This document shows positions 48,901 to 61,782 of a DNA stretch of 64,000 nucleotides, piece after piece. Both the position numbers and the translations under genes were made by a program. This DNA comes from Camelus ferus (lineage: Eukaryota): assembly GCF_009834535.1 (NCBI RefSeq), contig NC_045696.1, positions 111,850,001 to 111,914,000 of the forward strand, given 5' to 3'. Within the stretch, counting starts at the first letter, position 1, and each line of letters starts with the position of its first letter. A model generated the notes under the pieces. It did no database searches. It saw only the letters and a list, made by a program, of their open reading frames with translations, and was not told the DNA's origin.

Positions 48901-51119
48901 AAAGTTTCAGTTTCATACTGATAAAGGCGTATAGAATGTAGGCGATATTAAGACTTTTTCTTTTTTGGTACTGTGATGATAATGAATTTACAAAATACCT
49001 TATTTTGATTATAGTACCACATGTGTTAAATAGGATAAAAATTTTTTAAGAGTTTTTTCATGAATATATTGATTTTTGTGTCTTTCTGAGATGTTTAAGA
49101 TCTGTAATTTTCCATTCATTATTTTTCTTTATTTCCTTCAGAGTTCTTCCCTATTAGTTTTAAGCTCCATGATGTTTCCTGTAAAAAAAAAATAAGTACT
49201 TAATAAATTATAGATTTTAAGCCTAAGCTAGCTATTTGGAAGTCTAAAAAAGTAGTCTAATACACAGTCCTTGTTTCTAAGACTCACTGTTTTTACCTCT
49301 GGTGATAGGATACACAAGGCGAAGTACAACAGCTAATTTGAAACTGTTAACATAAATATTTAGCTATGTATTCTGTAGAGAATATTTATCCACAAGTGAG
49401 ATAAGCTAATTATATCCTGAGGTCACTAGTAAATAATTTAGTTTTTTTTTTTTTTTTTGCAAGTCTTAGTATAAGGAGGGTTGGGAAACATTGGTAAAAG
49501 GCTTATGAGAGAACTGAAGTCATACATTGATCTTTGAATTTGGGTAGACAAAGAGAGGAAAAACATATTATAAGCAAGGGAAAGGCCAGTAAACGAAGAA
49601 ATGGAGGAGTTGGGAATGAACATGGACAAGTAATAAAACTGACCTGAAGAAGAATAGGATGCATGTTGCAGAATAGTGGCAGTTAAATTTGACTACAAGT
49701 AGGGATGTGGATAACAGGCCTTGAGCTTGCAGTAGAAGACTGTTAAACTTCATTTTATAGAAAACATGGAGCAACTGCTATGTACTGGAGCAAGAAATAG
49801 TGTTATGAAAGATGTGGTTAAGTCCATTGTAATACAGAATATATTTGAGAGGAGTGACTAGCTCTTTGGCTATCTCTGTTGCAGTGATCAGTATTTAAGG
49901 TGATACTAATCTAGGCTCATATACTGGCATTTGGAATGAAGGGAGGTCAGATACTGATGAAATGAATCTAATAGGAGAAACTAATGTCTTCGTGACTAAA
50001 TGACTCTAGAGAATGATCAGGAGATAGGAATAAAAATGATACCAAAATATGAGCCTTTCCAATTTGGAGAGTTGAACCTGTTGTAGAGTGAGGGAAAGAA
50101 TAGTTGGTTTGCTGATTTGGGGAAAGACAATGATGTGTTAAAAGATATTTTTTAGTTTCTTTTAAAAAACTTTTTTGATTTAATTAATTAATTTTCTTCT
50201 GGATCTTTCATTTTCATTTTGGCCTTTATGACGTTCTTTTTACTTGTAATAACTGCTCCTAGTATATCTAGAGAGATTAAGCCCGTGTATGTGTGAGTGA
50301 AACACTGTGTCCAAGAATAACTGTGAATCAGATTGGCAAATGGTAGCATTTTGAGCCAGTTCTCAGTGTTGGCTATGAAACTGTGTTTCTTTGCATATTT
50401 GGCTCTTTAGTGGGTAAAGGCATCATGAATGGTATATGCTATGTAAAACAATAGGGTAGGCAAAATTTTCCATCAGGACCACTGCCTGTATCAGCTACAG
50501 GAACATCAACTCCATTCCATGGAGGGCTAAAATGGATGGTTTTGTCATTAAAAGACCTAAAATATGTAATACTTACATAAACCATTAAAAGTTAGTTTAG
50601 AACAATGATTGCCACAATAGAAACAATCTTCTAACATTTAGGCGGAGAATGGAATACATTTCAGGCTGTTTTTCCTTTTCTGTCTGTACTGCTCAGCAGT
50701 CAGATAGGAAATGAAAATGGCCATGGCCACCCACCCTGCAGAGCTTGTGGTTTACAGGTGCTTGACTGGCAGAATGAAGCAGGAGCGTCATGGCTAATAT
50801 GTATGAAAAGAAAATGGGATCAATAGCCAACTTCTTATAAATGCCTCACTGCTTTTTCTATTGAGAAGAGTTTCTTTTCCTGAGAAATTTTGCAGTATTG
50901 CTTGCAGATCTTAGTGATCCTAATCTGAGTTACGACTCAGGGATAGAAATGTGTGTCCTCAGCAAAGTACTTTATTGGTGATGAGTGAGTATCTTCCAAT
51001 TGGTAAAGGCTGGCATTTTGCTTATAATCACTTATTCTGGATTACTTTACTTTTGATGGGAATTACTTGATACATCTTTAAACTATTTTAAGCTCTAAAC
51101 TCTGCTCATTTATTTACAG

Positions 51120-51265
51120 TGAATCTAACATTATAAGCATTTGGAATAATGGGAAAGGCATTCCAGTTGTAGAACACAAAGTAGAGAAAGTTTATGTTCC
51201 TGCATTAATTTTTGGACAGCTTTTAACATCCAGTAACTATGATGATGATGAGAAAAAAGTAACAG
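51120..51265 (+). CDS. TOP2B: TOP2B exon 5 (ESNIISIWNNGKGIP...SSNYDDDEKKVT)
   Basis: tacag|T ... ACAG|gtaaag; 146 nt. Confidence 0.97.
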
Positions 51266-52149
51266 GTAAAGTCTAAGTGGCTGATCAGAATTTTTATTGA
51301 AAAATATTGCTCTCTTAACATAAAATCTCTTACTATTTCTATATAAAATATTACAGAAAATGAAACCTGTATAGTTTTGTTGTGAGAAAATTGTTTTCAG
51401 GATTAATATCTATAAAAAACTGTCAGTTATGAGTATTGCCTTGCTTATAGTCTGTTAGAGACTTTTTAAAAGCTTAACTCTCATAGTACATTGACTTATG
51501 CTAGAACTCTTAGAACTCTAACCTGGCTAACAGTTTGAGTTTTCAGTTAGAGTACTGATGAAAGTAAGATGTCTATGATTCCTGTATACATGAATTTGTT
51601 TTCACATAGGCACCATGTCTTTTGGTATCAATTAAGTTACTTTTAAACTGCTTTCTTTAAGAGGGTCAAGATTGAAAGTCTAGGCTGTATAAATAGAATT
51701 GAAAGTGCTTTGACCAAAACCAGATATTTTTCTACTTATTGACATTTCCAGAGTAGATTGATAATTTTTTTCCCGCAAACTGAGGCTCTAGGAAGTTATA
51801 TAGAATAAAATTTTGTCATAGAGAAGTGACTTTGATAGAAAGCTCAGATTTCATACTCACATAGACTTACTGGATTATAGGAGATACAAAGCTTAATTTT
51901 TTGAAGTTGTGATGAAGATAATGAATCTACAAAATGTATTTTTTAATTATATTTCTATATGTGCTAAATCTTAATTGTATTTTTCTTTAAATGAAGAATC
52001 TAAATATACTTTGAAATAGTCAATTGATGATTAAAATAATGCAATAAGTGAAAACTGTTTTGCAACAGACCTGCCCTATGGTAGGTAAAGTAACAAAGTT
52101 CCTTTAAAATAATTTTCATTAAACCTTTCACATTTAATTGTTCTTACAG

Positions 52150-52247
52150 GTGGTCGCAATGGTTATGGTGCAAAACTTTGTAATATTTTCAGTACAAAGT
52201 TTACAGTAGAAACTGCTTGCAAAGAATACAAACATAGTTTTAAGCAG
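52150..52247 (+). CDS. TOP2B: TOP2B exon 6 (GGRNGYGAKLCNIFS...HSFKQ)
   Basis: tacag|GT ... CAG|gtatga; 98 nt; ATP-lid motif GGRNGYGAK. Confidence 0.97.
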
Positions 52248-52957
52248 GTATGACAGAAATGTGTCTAAGTCTTTTTAAAAAAATAATCATGTTTGTTGCT
52301 TTGCCAAGATAATAGAACCTTAGATAAATTGCAGTGATACCCAAATAGCTTTTTTTTTTTTTTAAAGCATTAAACAAGTCATCAGAGTAAAAAGACTTCA
52401 GAATGCCTGGGAGATTTTATTTAAACCTGTCTTTCTCCCATTCCTTTAAAACAAAATGCTTGATTTAACAGACTTTTCCTTTAACCTGTTTAAGCAATAG
52501 GGAAAATGTCCTGAACCTCATAGACTTATTAAGAGGCATCCACTTAGCATGTTTGAAAAATTCCTCATTGACTGATTTGTCAAATTTATATTTCAAAATT
52601 TTATCATATTTTTCTTTTGTAGGCTTTTGAAAAGTTTGAAGTTTTCCATAGGCGAAAATAATTTTGTCAGGAAAAGCATCATACCTTTTAATTTTTGTAA
52701 AATCCTATATATGGTCATGTTGAAGTATTTGAAATATATTTAACAGCAGTGTATGAAGTTGTATTGTTTTGCTTATTTTCAACACGAGGGTGTATTTAAA
52801 TTTTTTTTCATTTCTAATATCAGTTTCAAGGATTTGTTTGGTTGTAAAGCTGAAAAGTATAATTGTGGTAAATGAATGTATTTTATTAGCTGAGTCTTTA
52901 TGTATTATCAAATACAGAAGCATTATAGGAATATTTGAATATTTTTTTCTTTTAAAG

Positions 52958-53170
52958 ACATGGCTGAATAATATGATGAAGACTTCTGAAGCCAAAATTA
53001 AACATTTTGATGGTGAAGATTACACATGCATAACATTCCAACCAGATCTGGCCAAATTTAAGATGGAAAAACTTGACAAGGATATTGTGGCTCTCATGAC
53101 CAGAAGAGCTTATGATTTGGCTGGTTCATGCAAAGGAGTCAAGGTTATGTTTAATGGAAAGAAACTGCCT
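52958..53170 (+). CDS. TOP2B: TOP2B exon 7 (TWLNNMMKTSEAK...FNGKKLP)
   Basis: ttaaag|ACA ... CCT|gtaagt; 213 nt; embedded in ORF 52769..53203. Confidence 0.97.
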
Positions 53171-53757
53171 GTAAGTGTCCTACAACAGTTGATGCTTTGT
53201 TAATTTATAGACAATTTATAGTTAGATCTTGCTTTTTAAATCTGATCTGTTAATCTCTTTTAACTGATTGTTTGGATGATTCACATTTAAAGTGATTATT
53301 GATATATTTGCATTAAATTTACCATCTTGCTATTGGTTTTTTATTCATTTTATTTGTTCTTTGTTTCTTATTTCCTCTTATTCTGCCCTCTCTGGTTTTA
53401 ATTGAGCATTTTATGGTTCTACTTTATTTCCTCTATTTACTTATTATTATACTTGTTTTTAAAACTTATTTAGTGGTTACCCTAGGGTCTATAATACACA
53501 TTTGTAAATGATTTGAGTCCACTGTCAAATAATTTATCACTTAATGTGTAGCAAAAAGACTCTGTAACAGCATATCCCCCATCTCTTGTGTCATTGTCAT
53601 CATACATCTCACTTTTACTATGCTATAAACAACAGAAGAAGAAAGAATGAGATGGAAGAAATATTTGAAAAAATGGTGGCAGAAACGTTTCACAATTAGT
53701 GACGTTGTTGTTAATGCTTTAAGCAGTCAGTTACCTTTTAGAGCTATTAAAAATACA

Positions 53758-54124
53758 ATACGTGGAATCTAAAAAAAAAAAAAAAAGAAAAAACAGGACA
53801 CTAATGAACTCATTTACAAAACAAAAACAGATTCACCAGACGTGGTAAACAATCTTATGGTTACTGGGGGAAGTGGATGGGAAGGGATAGATTTGGGAGT
53901 TCGAGATTTGCAAATATTAACCACTATATATAAAAATAGATAAAAAACCAAATTCTTCTGTATAGCACAGGGAACTATATTCAATATCTTGTAATAACTT
54001 TTAATGAAAAAGAATATGGAAATGAATATATGTATGTATATGCATGACTGGGACATTATGCAGTACACCAGAGACTGGCACATTGTAATTGACTATACTT
54101 CAATAAAAAAAAAAAGTAGGTAAT
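53758..54124 (+). mobile_element. Young L1 3' end, sense to TOP2B
   Basis: L1 3' UTR ending gactatacttcAATAAA-An; degraded TSD ttaaaaatacaata / ttaaaagatacagta. Confidence 0.9.
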
Positions 54125-56081
54125 TTAAAAGATACAGTAATTATATTTTACCTTAATTTATTCCATTTCTAATGCTCTTAATTTCTTGATGTAGATCTAA
54201 GTTTATGATCTTAATCATATTTCTTCTACCTGGAGATATTCTTTCAACATTTATTTTCTGTAGGGTAGGTCTGCTGGCAATAAATTCCCTCAGTTAATTT
54301 TTGTCTGAGAGAGTCCTTTTTTCCTTCACTTTCAGAGGAGATAGAATTTTATAGGATGTAGAATTATGGGTTGACAGGATTTTTTCCCCAGTCCTTTAAA
54401 AATTCACTGTTGTCTTGCTCGCGTGGTTTTCTGCTGTAGTTCATATTCTTCTTTCTCTGTTCATAAGATGTTTCTTTTTCCTCTGGCTACCTTGAAGATT
54501 TTCTAATTGTCTTTGGTTTTTTGAGTCTCATACATTTAGGTGTACATGTGGGCTTTTTTGCTTGTTGGTTTGTTGGTGGTGTTTTTTGTTTTTTGCACTT
54601 ACTCTGGTGTTTTCTGAGCTTTTTGGATCTGTTGTTTGGTGTTAGTCACTAATTTTGGAAAATTTTTGGTGGTTATTTCTGCAGATATTTCTTACGTGCT
54701 GGTCTTTCTTTTCCTTCTGGTATTCTAATTATGCATATGTTACAGGGTCCCAAGCTCTTGGATGTTTTGCTCTGCCTTATTCTCTCTGTTTCCTTCGTGT
54801 TTTAGTTTGTTTAATTTCTATTGTTGTATTTTCAAGTTCATTGATTTTTCTTCCTCTACTTTGTCAAGTCTACTGCTGGGGCTGCCAAAGGCATTCTTCA
54901 TGTCTTCTACTGTGTTTGATGTCTAGCAGTTCCATTTGATTTGCTCTTACAGCTTCCATTTCTGCTGAAGTTGCGTGTTGTCTGCCTTTCCCGTTAGAGC
55001 GTTTAACATATTAGTCATAGTTATTTTAAATGCCCTATCTGGTAGTTAAAACATCTGTGACCGATCTAAGTCTGGTTCTGATGATTGCTTTGTCTTTTCA
55101 GACTTCTTTCTTGCCTTTTGGCGTGCCTTGTAAGATTTTGTTGAAAATCAGCTATGTTGTATGAGGTAGTAGATGCGGAGTAAATAGGCTTTAGTATGAG
55201 GATGTATGTTAATCTGTGCAAGAAATGGGTTGTGTTGCAGTCTGTTGTTTCTGTAGTTACTAGTGTTGAGGTTGGTTGTTGCAGTGGGCACCAGATACTT
55301 AAAATTCTTTTTTGTTTTTGTCATTTCTCTTTGCTGTGGCTCTTCCTTTTGAGCTGCCCGTCAAGGGGGGTCTGTCTCTTGTGGCTCTTCCAGCTGAAAA
55401 CCACTGTTACTTTGGAGGCCTGGAGCGTAATTGTAGGTTGTGGGACACTCTCATGTCTGATTAGATCTCAGACTTCGGAGTGCGCAGTGGGCCTGTGTCT
55501 CAGGGGTTTGGCCTTCACAAGAGTGTCTACCCCAACATTAGAGGTAGAGATTTTTCCTGTGTCCTCTATTCTTTTTCCCCTAGTTGCAGCAGGTAACCAC
55601 AGTGTTCTCATTCAGTATTCTTCAGGCTTCCTGCTCCACAGAATGAGCCTTTTTAAAATTTAAACTTAAATGAGATGGGAGTGGGAAGAAGTGGGGCTGG
55701 GCAGAATTACTTTATCCCAGCTATAGTGATAGCTCACCATTGCTTTCCAGTAGTGTCCTTCCCCTTGTAAATTAAGCTTTGTTGTTGATAAGGGAGCTGA
55801 GTCTGGGTGGAATTCCTAGGGCTGCTGTCCTCCAGCTGGCACCACAGGGGATACTTTGTCTAGATTTCTTTTCTGTCTTCCCTGTGAAAACCTGCTGGGA
55901 TTCCTGGAGGAAACACCTGCAAAAGAATAGGAACCCTTTTGACTACAGCCCTCATGTAGTTCACATACTCTCACTAGTCCACACTTGTCTATAATAGTAA
56001 TTTGCCAAAATTTCTGGTTTAATGTTCATATGGGCTTATATGATGCTAAGCAGCTTCTGCTCCAGTTAAGCAGAATGCTTA

Positions 56082-56716
56082 TGATGCAGGAAAAATGGAT
56101 GTGGGGCGTGAGGAGGGCCGTGTCCCAGGCTTCAGTTGAGCCCCTGGGACGTTCCCTGCCAAGTGTGGGTCCTTGGCTTCACGAGGAAAGAATTCAAGAG
56201 CGAGCCACAGTTGAGTAAAGGTAGATTTATTTAGAGAGATACATCAAAAGGCAAGAGAAAGGCCATGAGGTGTGGGGGTTGGGTGTTCAGATTAGAGTAA
56301 AAGTAGGTACACACTCCATAGACCGAGGGTGGGCCATCTCTCAAGAGGGAGAGAGAGGGCAGCAGCCGCAAGGCACCCTGTTGCCAGTTTTTATGGGCTC
56401 AGTGGCTTCATATGCTAATAAGTGGAAGGACAAGTCTAACTAGCCTGGGGAAGGGGCTGGGATTCCCAGGAAGTTGGCCATTTCCCACTTTCTGACCTTT
56501 TGTGGCTAGCTTGGGACTGTCATGGCGCCTGTGGGCATGTTATTTATCATGCTAATATATTACAGTGGGCGTGTAATGAAGCTCAATTTCTGCTAGAAGT
56601 CAAATCTCCCACCATCTTGAGCCTCAGGGCCTACTGGGGGTTGAATTCTCCACCATTTTGATGTTAATTGCTGTATCATTCCTTGAAGGGCTGTGCTCTG
56701 CCCCCTTCCTGTCTCA
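56082..56716 (-). mobile_element. ERV1-class solo LTR (635 bp)
   Basis: TG...CA termini; perfect 4-bp TSD CTTA at 56078-56081 and 56717-56720; minus-strand AATAAA at 56231-56226. Confidence 0.88.
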
Positions 56717-57186
56717 CTTAGGTTCTGTGTCTTCCTACAGACACCTGTCTCTCTTCAGATTTAAGATGGCTAGCTGTCCAGTGATCTCTGTTTTTTGACG
56801 GTTCATAAAAATTTGTTGTCTGATCAGCTGTTTTCTTGTAAGGGCAGATGCTTTTTTTTTCTTTTTGGTCCTTACATATCTGAAGTCAAGCTGTTTAAGT
56901 CTACTTTGTCATTTAAAAAATTTAAACTTTTGAAAGATTTTATAATAATTTACCTGTCCAGTTGTCCCTTCGTACCTTTTCTTTTTCAAGTACATATGGA
57001 AATGAATTCCTTTTTAGAGGACAGAAATCAAGGAGTAGAATAAGGGAAGGACATGAAGGTTGGGATTGAGAGCTGTTGTGAATGAAGGGAAGTGAAAGTA
57101 TGAGAGTACCTGATGGCATTCACCCCAGTTCAGGTGCCAATAGAAGATGAATTCTTTGTTTTTCTTTATGGTTTCCCAATTATTAG

Positions 57187-57360
57187 GTAAATGGCTTTCG
57201 CAGTTATGTAGATCTTTATGTTAAAGACAAATTGGATGAAACTGGAGTGGCCCTGAAAGTTATTCATGAACTTGCAAATGAAAGATGGGATGTTTGTCTC
57301 ACATTGAGTGAAAAAGGATTCCAGCAAATCAGCTTTGTAAATAGTATTGCAACAACAAAA
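57187..57360 (+). CDS. TOP2B: TOP2B exon 8 (VNGFRSYVDLYVKD...SFVNSIATTK)
   Basis: attag|GTA ... AAA|gtaagt; 174 nt. Confidence 0.97.
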
Positions 57361-57947
57361 GTAAGTGTGCTAATTCTTTGTTTCCAAGTCAGTGGTAGAA
57401 CAATACTGGATTAAAAACAGCAAACAGTAAACAACAGTGACAACAGAAAACCCGCAAATCTACTTTTGTGAAATCAAAAGTGACTTACGAAAATAAAAGC
57501 TTATTTTCTATGAAATAGCTGTCTTACAATTTAAACACCCACTGAGAAGTAAATTTGTATGATTAGTGTTTATAATTGAATATGTTTATATTTTATGAAA
57601 TTTAGAATAACAAATTCCTTATTCTGTGTTCTGAGTTTAAAAAGAACAAATAATAGGAGAGGAGTCTGTTTTGGGATCAGTTTGTGCAATTTGTTATCTG
57701 CCATTCTAAAGAGTTTGAACCCTTTTCTGTAGGCTTTTGAATTTTAAAATCAAATGAAATTCTTCTCATTTATAAGCATTTATCCATTGACCATAATAAA
57801 GTATCAAGCAATACAAGTGTGTATTTTAGAATAATCTAAAGCAGTGATTTGTTACTTTGTCACTCTTATTTAAGTTTCAACTGATTTTTTTTAATGTTTG
57901 CTATTTTTTTATAATCTGGCATCACTTTCTCTAGTCAACAGAAATCC

Positions 57948-58461
57948 TGTATCAGATATGATTGCATTTTGTTATATGTTATGGAAACCTAACATACAGT
58001 GGTTTGTAAATATGTAAAGATTTTATTTTTTATCTATGACTGGGGACCCGTGGGAGGCAGTCTTAGTTTGGTGCTGTAACTCCACTATGTCCTCAGGGAC
58101 CTATGCCTTTCCTGGCTTTCTTTTCTGCCACCCTTAGCATGTGGCTTTCATTTGCATGCCTTTAAGATGCCTGCTGCACCCTCCCAGGTTCTAGGGAGAA
58201 AGAATGAGGTTGGGAAAATGCATATGCCAACTAATCTCTCCCCTTTTATCAGGAACACAGTAGTTTTCCTGGAAGCCCCCTCCAATAGCCCTCTGCTGAC
58301 ATCTCTGACTGAAACTGGGTCAAGTGGCTATCGCTAGCTGTGAGAGAGTCTAGATTGGTTATTTATAATTGGGCATGTTGCCAGTTAAACAAATTTGGGG
58401 TTGTTAGTAAGGTAGAAGGGGAGAATGGATATTAGATGGACAACCATCCATGGCTGCCACA
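57948..58461 (-). mobile_element. Old MLT1 (J/K/L-like) LTR, intron 8
   Basis: TG...CA; 'ctgccacccttagcatgtggctt...aagatgcctgctgca' and terminus 'ggagaatggatattagatggacaacc...ctgccaca'. Confidence 0.7.
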
Positions 58462-58803
58462 GTCCTCCCTAAGTGTAAATATTATGAGTGTCATTACTGC
58501 CACCAGGCCAGTATTCATTTTGACTTCCATGTCTCTTTCTTTGATTGTTTTCACTTTGTATGGAGTTACATGATGTTGCTAATTGGCTCTATGACCAAAA
58601 GGACTTTATTTTTAAAATCTCAACTCTGCCATTCTGAGACTCATATTATTTTTCTGGAAAATAGGGTTAATAAATTAATAATACTGACTTCACAAGGTTA
58701 TTGTGAAGATTAAATGCTCATTTTAGGAAAAAAATGAATATGTAAGTGTTTTGCTACCCTAACTATAGAAGATTTTGTATTCTATTTTTTTTTCCCTCTT
58801 TAG

Positions 58804-58905
58804 GGTGGACGGCATGTGGATTATGTAGTAGACCAAGTTGTCGGTAAACTGATTGAAGTAGTTAAGAAAAAGAACAAGGCTGGTGTATCAGTGAAACCAT
58901 TTCAA
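58804..58905 (+). CDS. TOP2B: TOP2B exon 9 (GGRHVDYVVDQ...VSVKPFQ)
   Basis: tttag|GGT ... CAA|gtaggt; 102 nt. Confidence 0.97.
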
Positions 58906-59024
58906 GTAGGTGATGCTTTTATTATATATATTCTGTTGAATTACTAATTAATATCAATATCTGTTGAAATATTAAATACTAAATAAAGTTCTGACATTAA
59001 CCTTTTTTGGTGTGTTTTCAACAG

Positions 59025-59162
59025 GTAAAAAACCATATATGGGTTTTTATTAATTGCCTTATCGAAAATCCAACTTTTGATTCTCAGACTAAGGAAAACA
59101 TGACTCTGCAACCCAAAAGTTTTGGGTCCAAATGCCAGTTGTCAGAGAAGTTTTTTAAAGCC
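59025..59162 (+). CDS. TOP2B: TOP2B exon 10 (VKNHIWVFINCLIENPTFDSQTKE...FFKA)
   Basis: aacag|GTA ... GCC|gtgagt; 138 nt; QTK loop. Confidence 0.97.
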
Positions 59163-60873
59163 GTGAGTAAAATCTGTATTATTTTAGTGTGTTTTTTATT
59201 GAAAGTAGATTAACTAGTTTTCTTGATTTATTTAGTCTGTTTGTGATTAGTTTCTTTCTTATAGTAACTGTGGGTACAGGCATACTTATACTAAAAACTA
59301 ATATGCTTGATTCTGAAAAATTCAAAGGGTAGTTGCTGTTTCATGAAACAATTGATTATTTTGCCAAGCATTGAAGTAGGGAATCATGTAACGAATTGTG
59401 TTTTTAGCTTTGCATTGGACACTATAAACCAGATTTACCTCTGATAAATGTACAGGTCCTTGTAAGACTCTTGATTTCATCTTTCCTACTCATTTCAAAT
59501 TCATCTACTGATTTTTACCTTTATATAATTTTTAAAAAATTGTGATAACGTGCATAACTTAAAATTTACCATATTCTACATATTTTTAAATTTCATTTTA
59601 TACATATTTATTTAGGCTATCTTTAACCTTTCTGAAACAAGATGAGAGTATAAATAAATAATAAATCTTAGGTTTAAAACTGGGCCTTGTTAATGCTAAT
59701 AATTCCTCATAATCTCCTGTGTATAAGCAAGACTTGCCTCTGTTCTCTTGTTCACCAGTGCCATCAAATATATATTAAGTAATCATATCTAAACTAGTGC
59801 CTTTAAATATGTTTGCACTGGAAATGTAAAGGTGAACAAATTAAAGCCCCTCCACTGTGGAAGTTTGTAATTTGTTGGAGGAGTATCATGTCATTGCAAT
59901 AGAGATAACATATTTATTAAATTCCAGTATTGGAATTCCAAAGGTACAGTTTCATAAACAAAAACAAAAGTTGTTTTTTAGGTTTTAGCTGAAAGCTTAT
60001 AGAAATAGTACTTCTGGGTCTAATAATGAATTTTGAATACAGATGACCCTATGTTAATGATTTCCCAAATTTCTGCCCTCATAACAGTTGTTCTTATTAT
60101 GAAGGAATTTGATTTAGGATTTTATACTTTATCATTTTTGGCAGAGGAAGTTTAGATTTGGCAACATAGTTCACCTCTTTTTTAATATCTCAAACATTCC
60201 GGAAAACTATTTTGTGCACCTGAAGTCAGACTACCCAGAATAATGAAAAATAACTCCAACTTGGAGATTCTTTACTTTTTTTTCCTTTTGGCTTGACATC
60301 TTGTCACACGTTGGTTCACTGCAGAATGACATATATATATATATATCTGTAATGTTGAAATCCTCATCACCAAACTTTTAAAAAATAAGGACTATTTATA
60401 AGTTCTTGAATTTATCCTAATGTCCCTTGCATGTTAATATTTTTTGGTCAAAGTGAATCCAAGATTTATATTTTTGTGTTGAAGGAGATCAGAAATGGCA
60501 GCATCTGGAATTTGCCAGGTGGTAAATTCATGGGTGAATCAGCTTTAACTGTGTTAATTTTAACAAAATTAACTTGTAATAAAAGCTATGTATGTTTCTT
60601 AAGGAGTTTATTATAATAGAATTTTTTTCATGTGTGGTAAACTTGCCCTTATTTCATGTGTTTATATTTCAGTACAATAGGTGTTTGTGAATATCTGCCT
60701 GAGTTAGTTTTACTGTAGTTAGAATAATATTTACCAGCATATATCATTATTATTACCATCATCACCACCACTGTCTGACCTTATAACTGCACAGATTCCA
60801 AGCATTATATTAATTTTAGGTAAGTATATGAACTTCTGGCTTGATTGTATATCATTACTCCTTGATTTTTTAG

Positions 60874-61012
60874 GCCTCTAACTGTGGCATTGTAGAGAGT
60901 ATCCTGAACTGGGTGAAATTTAAGGCTCAGACACAGCTGAACAAGAAGTGTTCCTCAGTAAAATACAGTAAAATCAAAGGTATTCCCAAACTGGATGATG
61001 CTAATGATGCTG
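60874..61012 (+). CDS. TOP2B: TOP2B exon 11 (ASNCGIVESILNWVKF...PKLDDANDA)
   Basis: tttag|GCC ... CTG|gtaaga; 139 nt. Confidence 0.97.
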
Positions 61013-61340
61013 GTAAGATTCAGATTATTTTTTTAGATTTTGATTTAAGTTTTCATTTATTCAGTTACAGACTATTTAGATTTTCCACATATAGAGTGTA
61101 GGATTTTATGTTCAGAGTATAATTTTACTTCACTAAAATTGCCACATGCACCACATATTACTAATTTTCAGGGAATAGGAATTCAATAAAATATACTTAG
61201 TATTTAAATTATACTGAGCATAATGGAAGATGGCTCCTACAGTCTTTTCATTATCATTGTGATTATTCATTTTTCTGGCTTAATTTTTTTCATTGGTAAA
61301 ATTGAGAAACTTGGAACATATGTCATTTTAAATTTCTCAG

Positions 61341-61498
61341 GTGGCAAGCATTCCCTTGAGTGTACACTGATACTGACAGAAGGAGACTCTGCCAAATCGT
61401 TGGCTGTGTCTGGATTAGGTGTGATTGGGAGAGACAGATACGGAGTCTTTCCCCTCAGGGGAAAAATTCTTAACGTACGGGAAGCTTCTCATAAACAG
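61341..61498 (+). CDS. TOP2B: TOP2B exon 12 (GGKHSLECTLILTEGDSAK...PLRGKILNVREASHKQ)
   Basis: ctcag|GT ... CAG|gtatgt; 158 nt; TOPRIM motifs EGDSA and PLRGK. Confidence 0.98.
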
Positions 61499-61656
61499 GT
61501 ATGTATCTGTATATATATGTGTACATATATGCCCATATGTATATGTGACATTTTAATACTTTACTAGAGTTGTTGAATTTTTATATGTAAATTCCTACTC
61601 ACCTTTTATGTGTTTAGACACTTGAAAATACTCCAGTTCTTTTCATTTTTACACAG

Positions 61657-61782
61657 ATCATGGAAAATGCAGAAATAAACAATATTATCAAAATAGTTGG
61701 TCTACAGTACAAGAAAAGTTATGATGATGCAGAATCTCTGAAAACTCTACGCTATGGAAAGATAATGATTATGACTGATCAG
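61657..61782 (+). CDS. TOP2B: TOP2B exon 13 (IMENAEINNIIK...LRYGKIMIMTDQ)
   Basis: cacag|ATC ... CAG|gttggt; 126 nt. Confidence 0.97.

Larger units (their letters stand above)
53205..56900 (-). mobile_element. Ancient L1M 5'/ORF1 region filling most of intron 7
   Basis: Antisense L1 ORF1 and spacer wording, for example 'gtaggtctgctggcaataaattccctcag...ttgtctgaga' and 'ttcaagttcattgatt'. Boundaries are approximate. Confidence 0.7.

Noticed and set aside
57187..59030. Exons 8 and 10 start with GTAA, suggesting recursive splicing
   Set aside because: This is explained by Val codons; the reconstituted donors (CCT|GTAAAT, CAA|GTAAAA) are weak and the introns are short.
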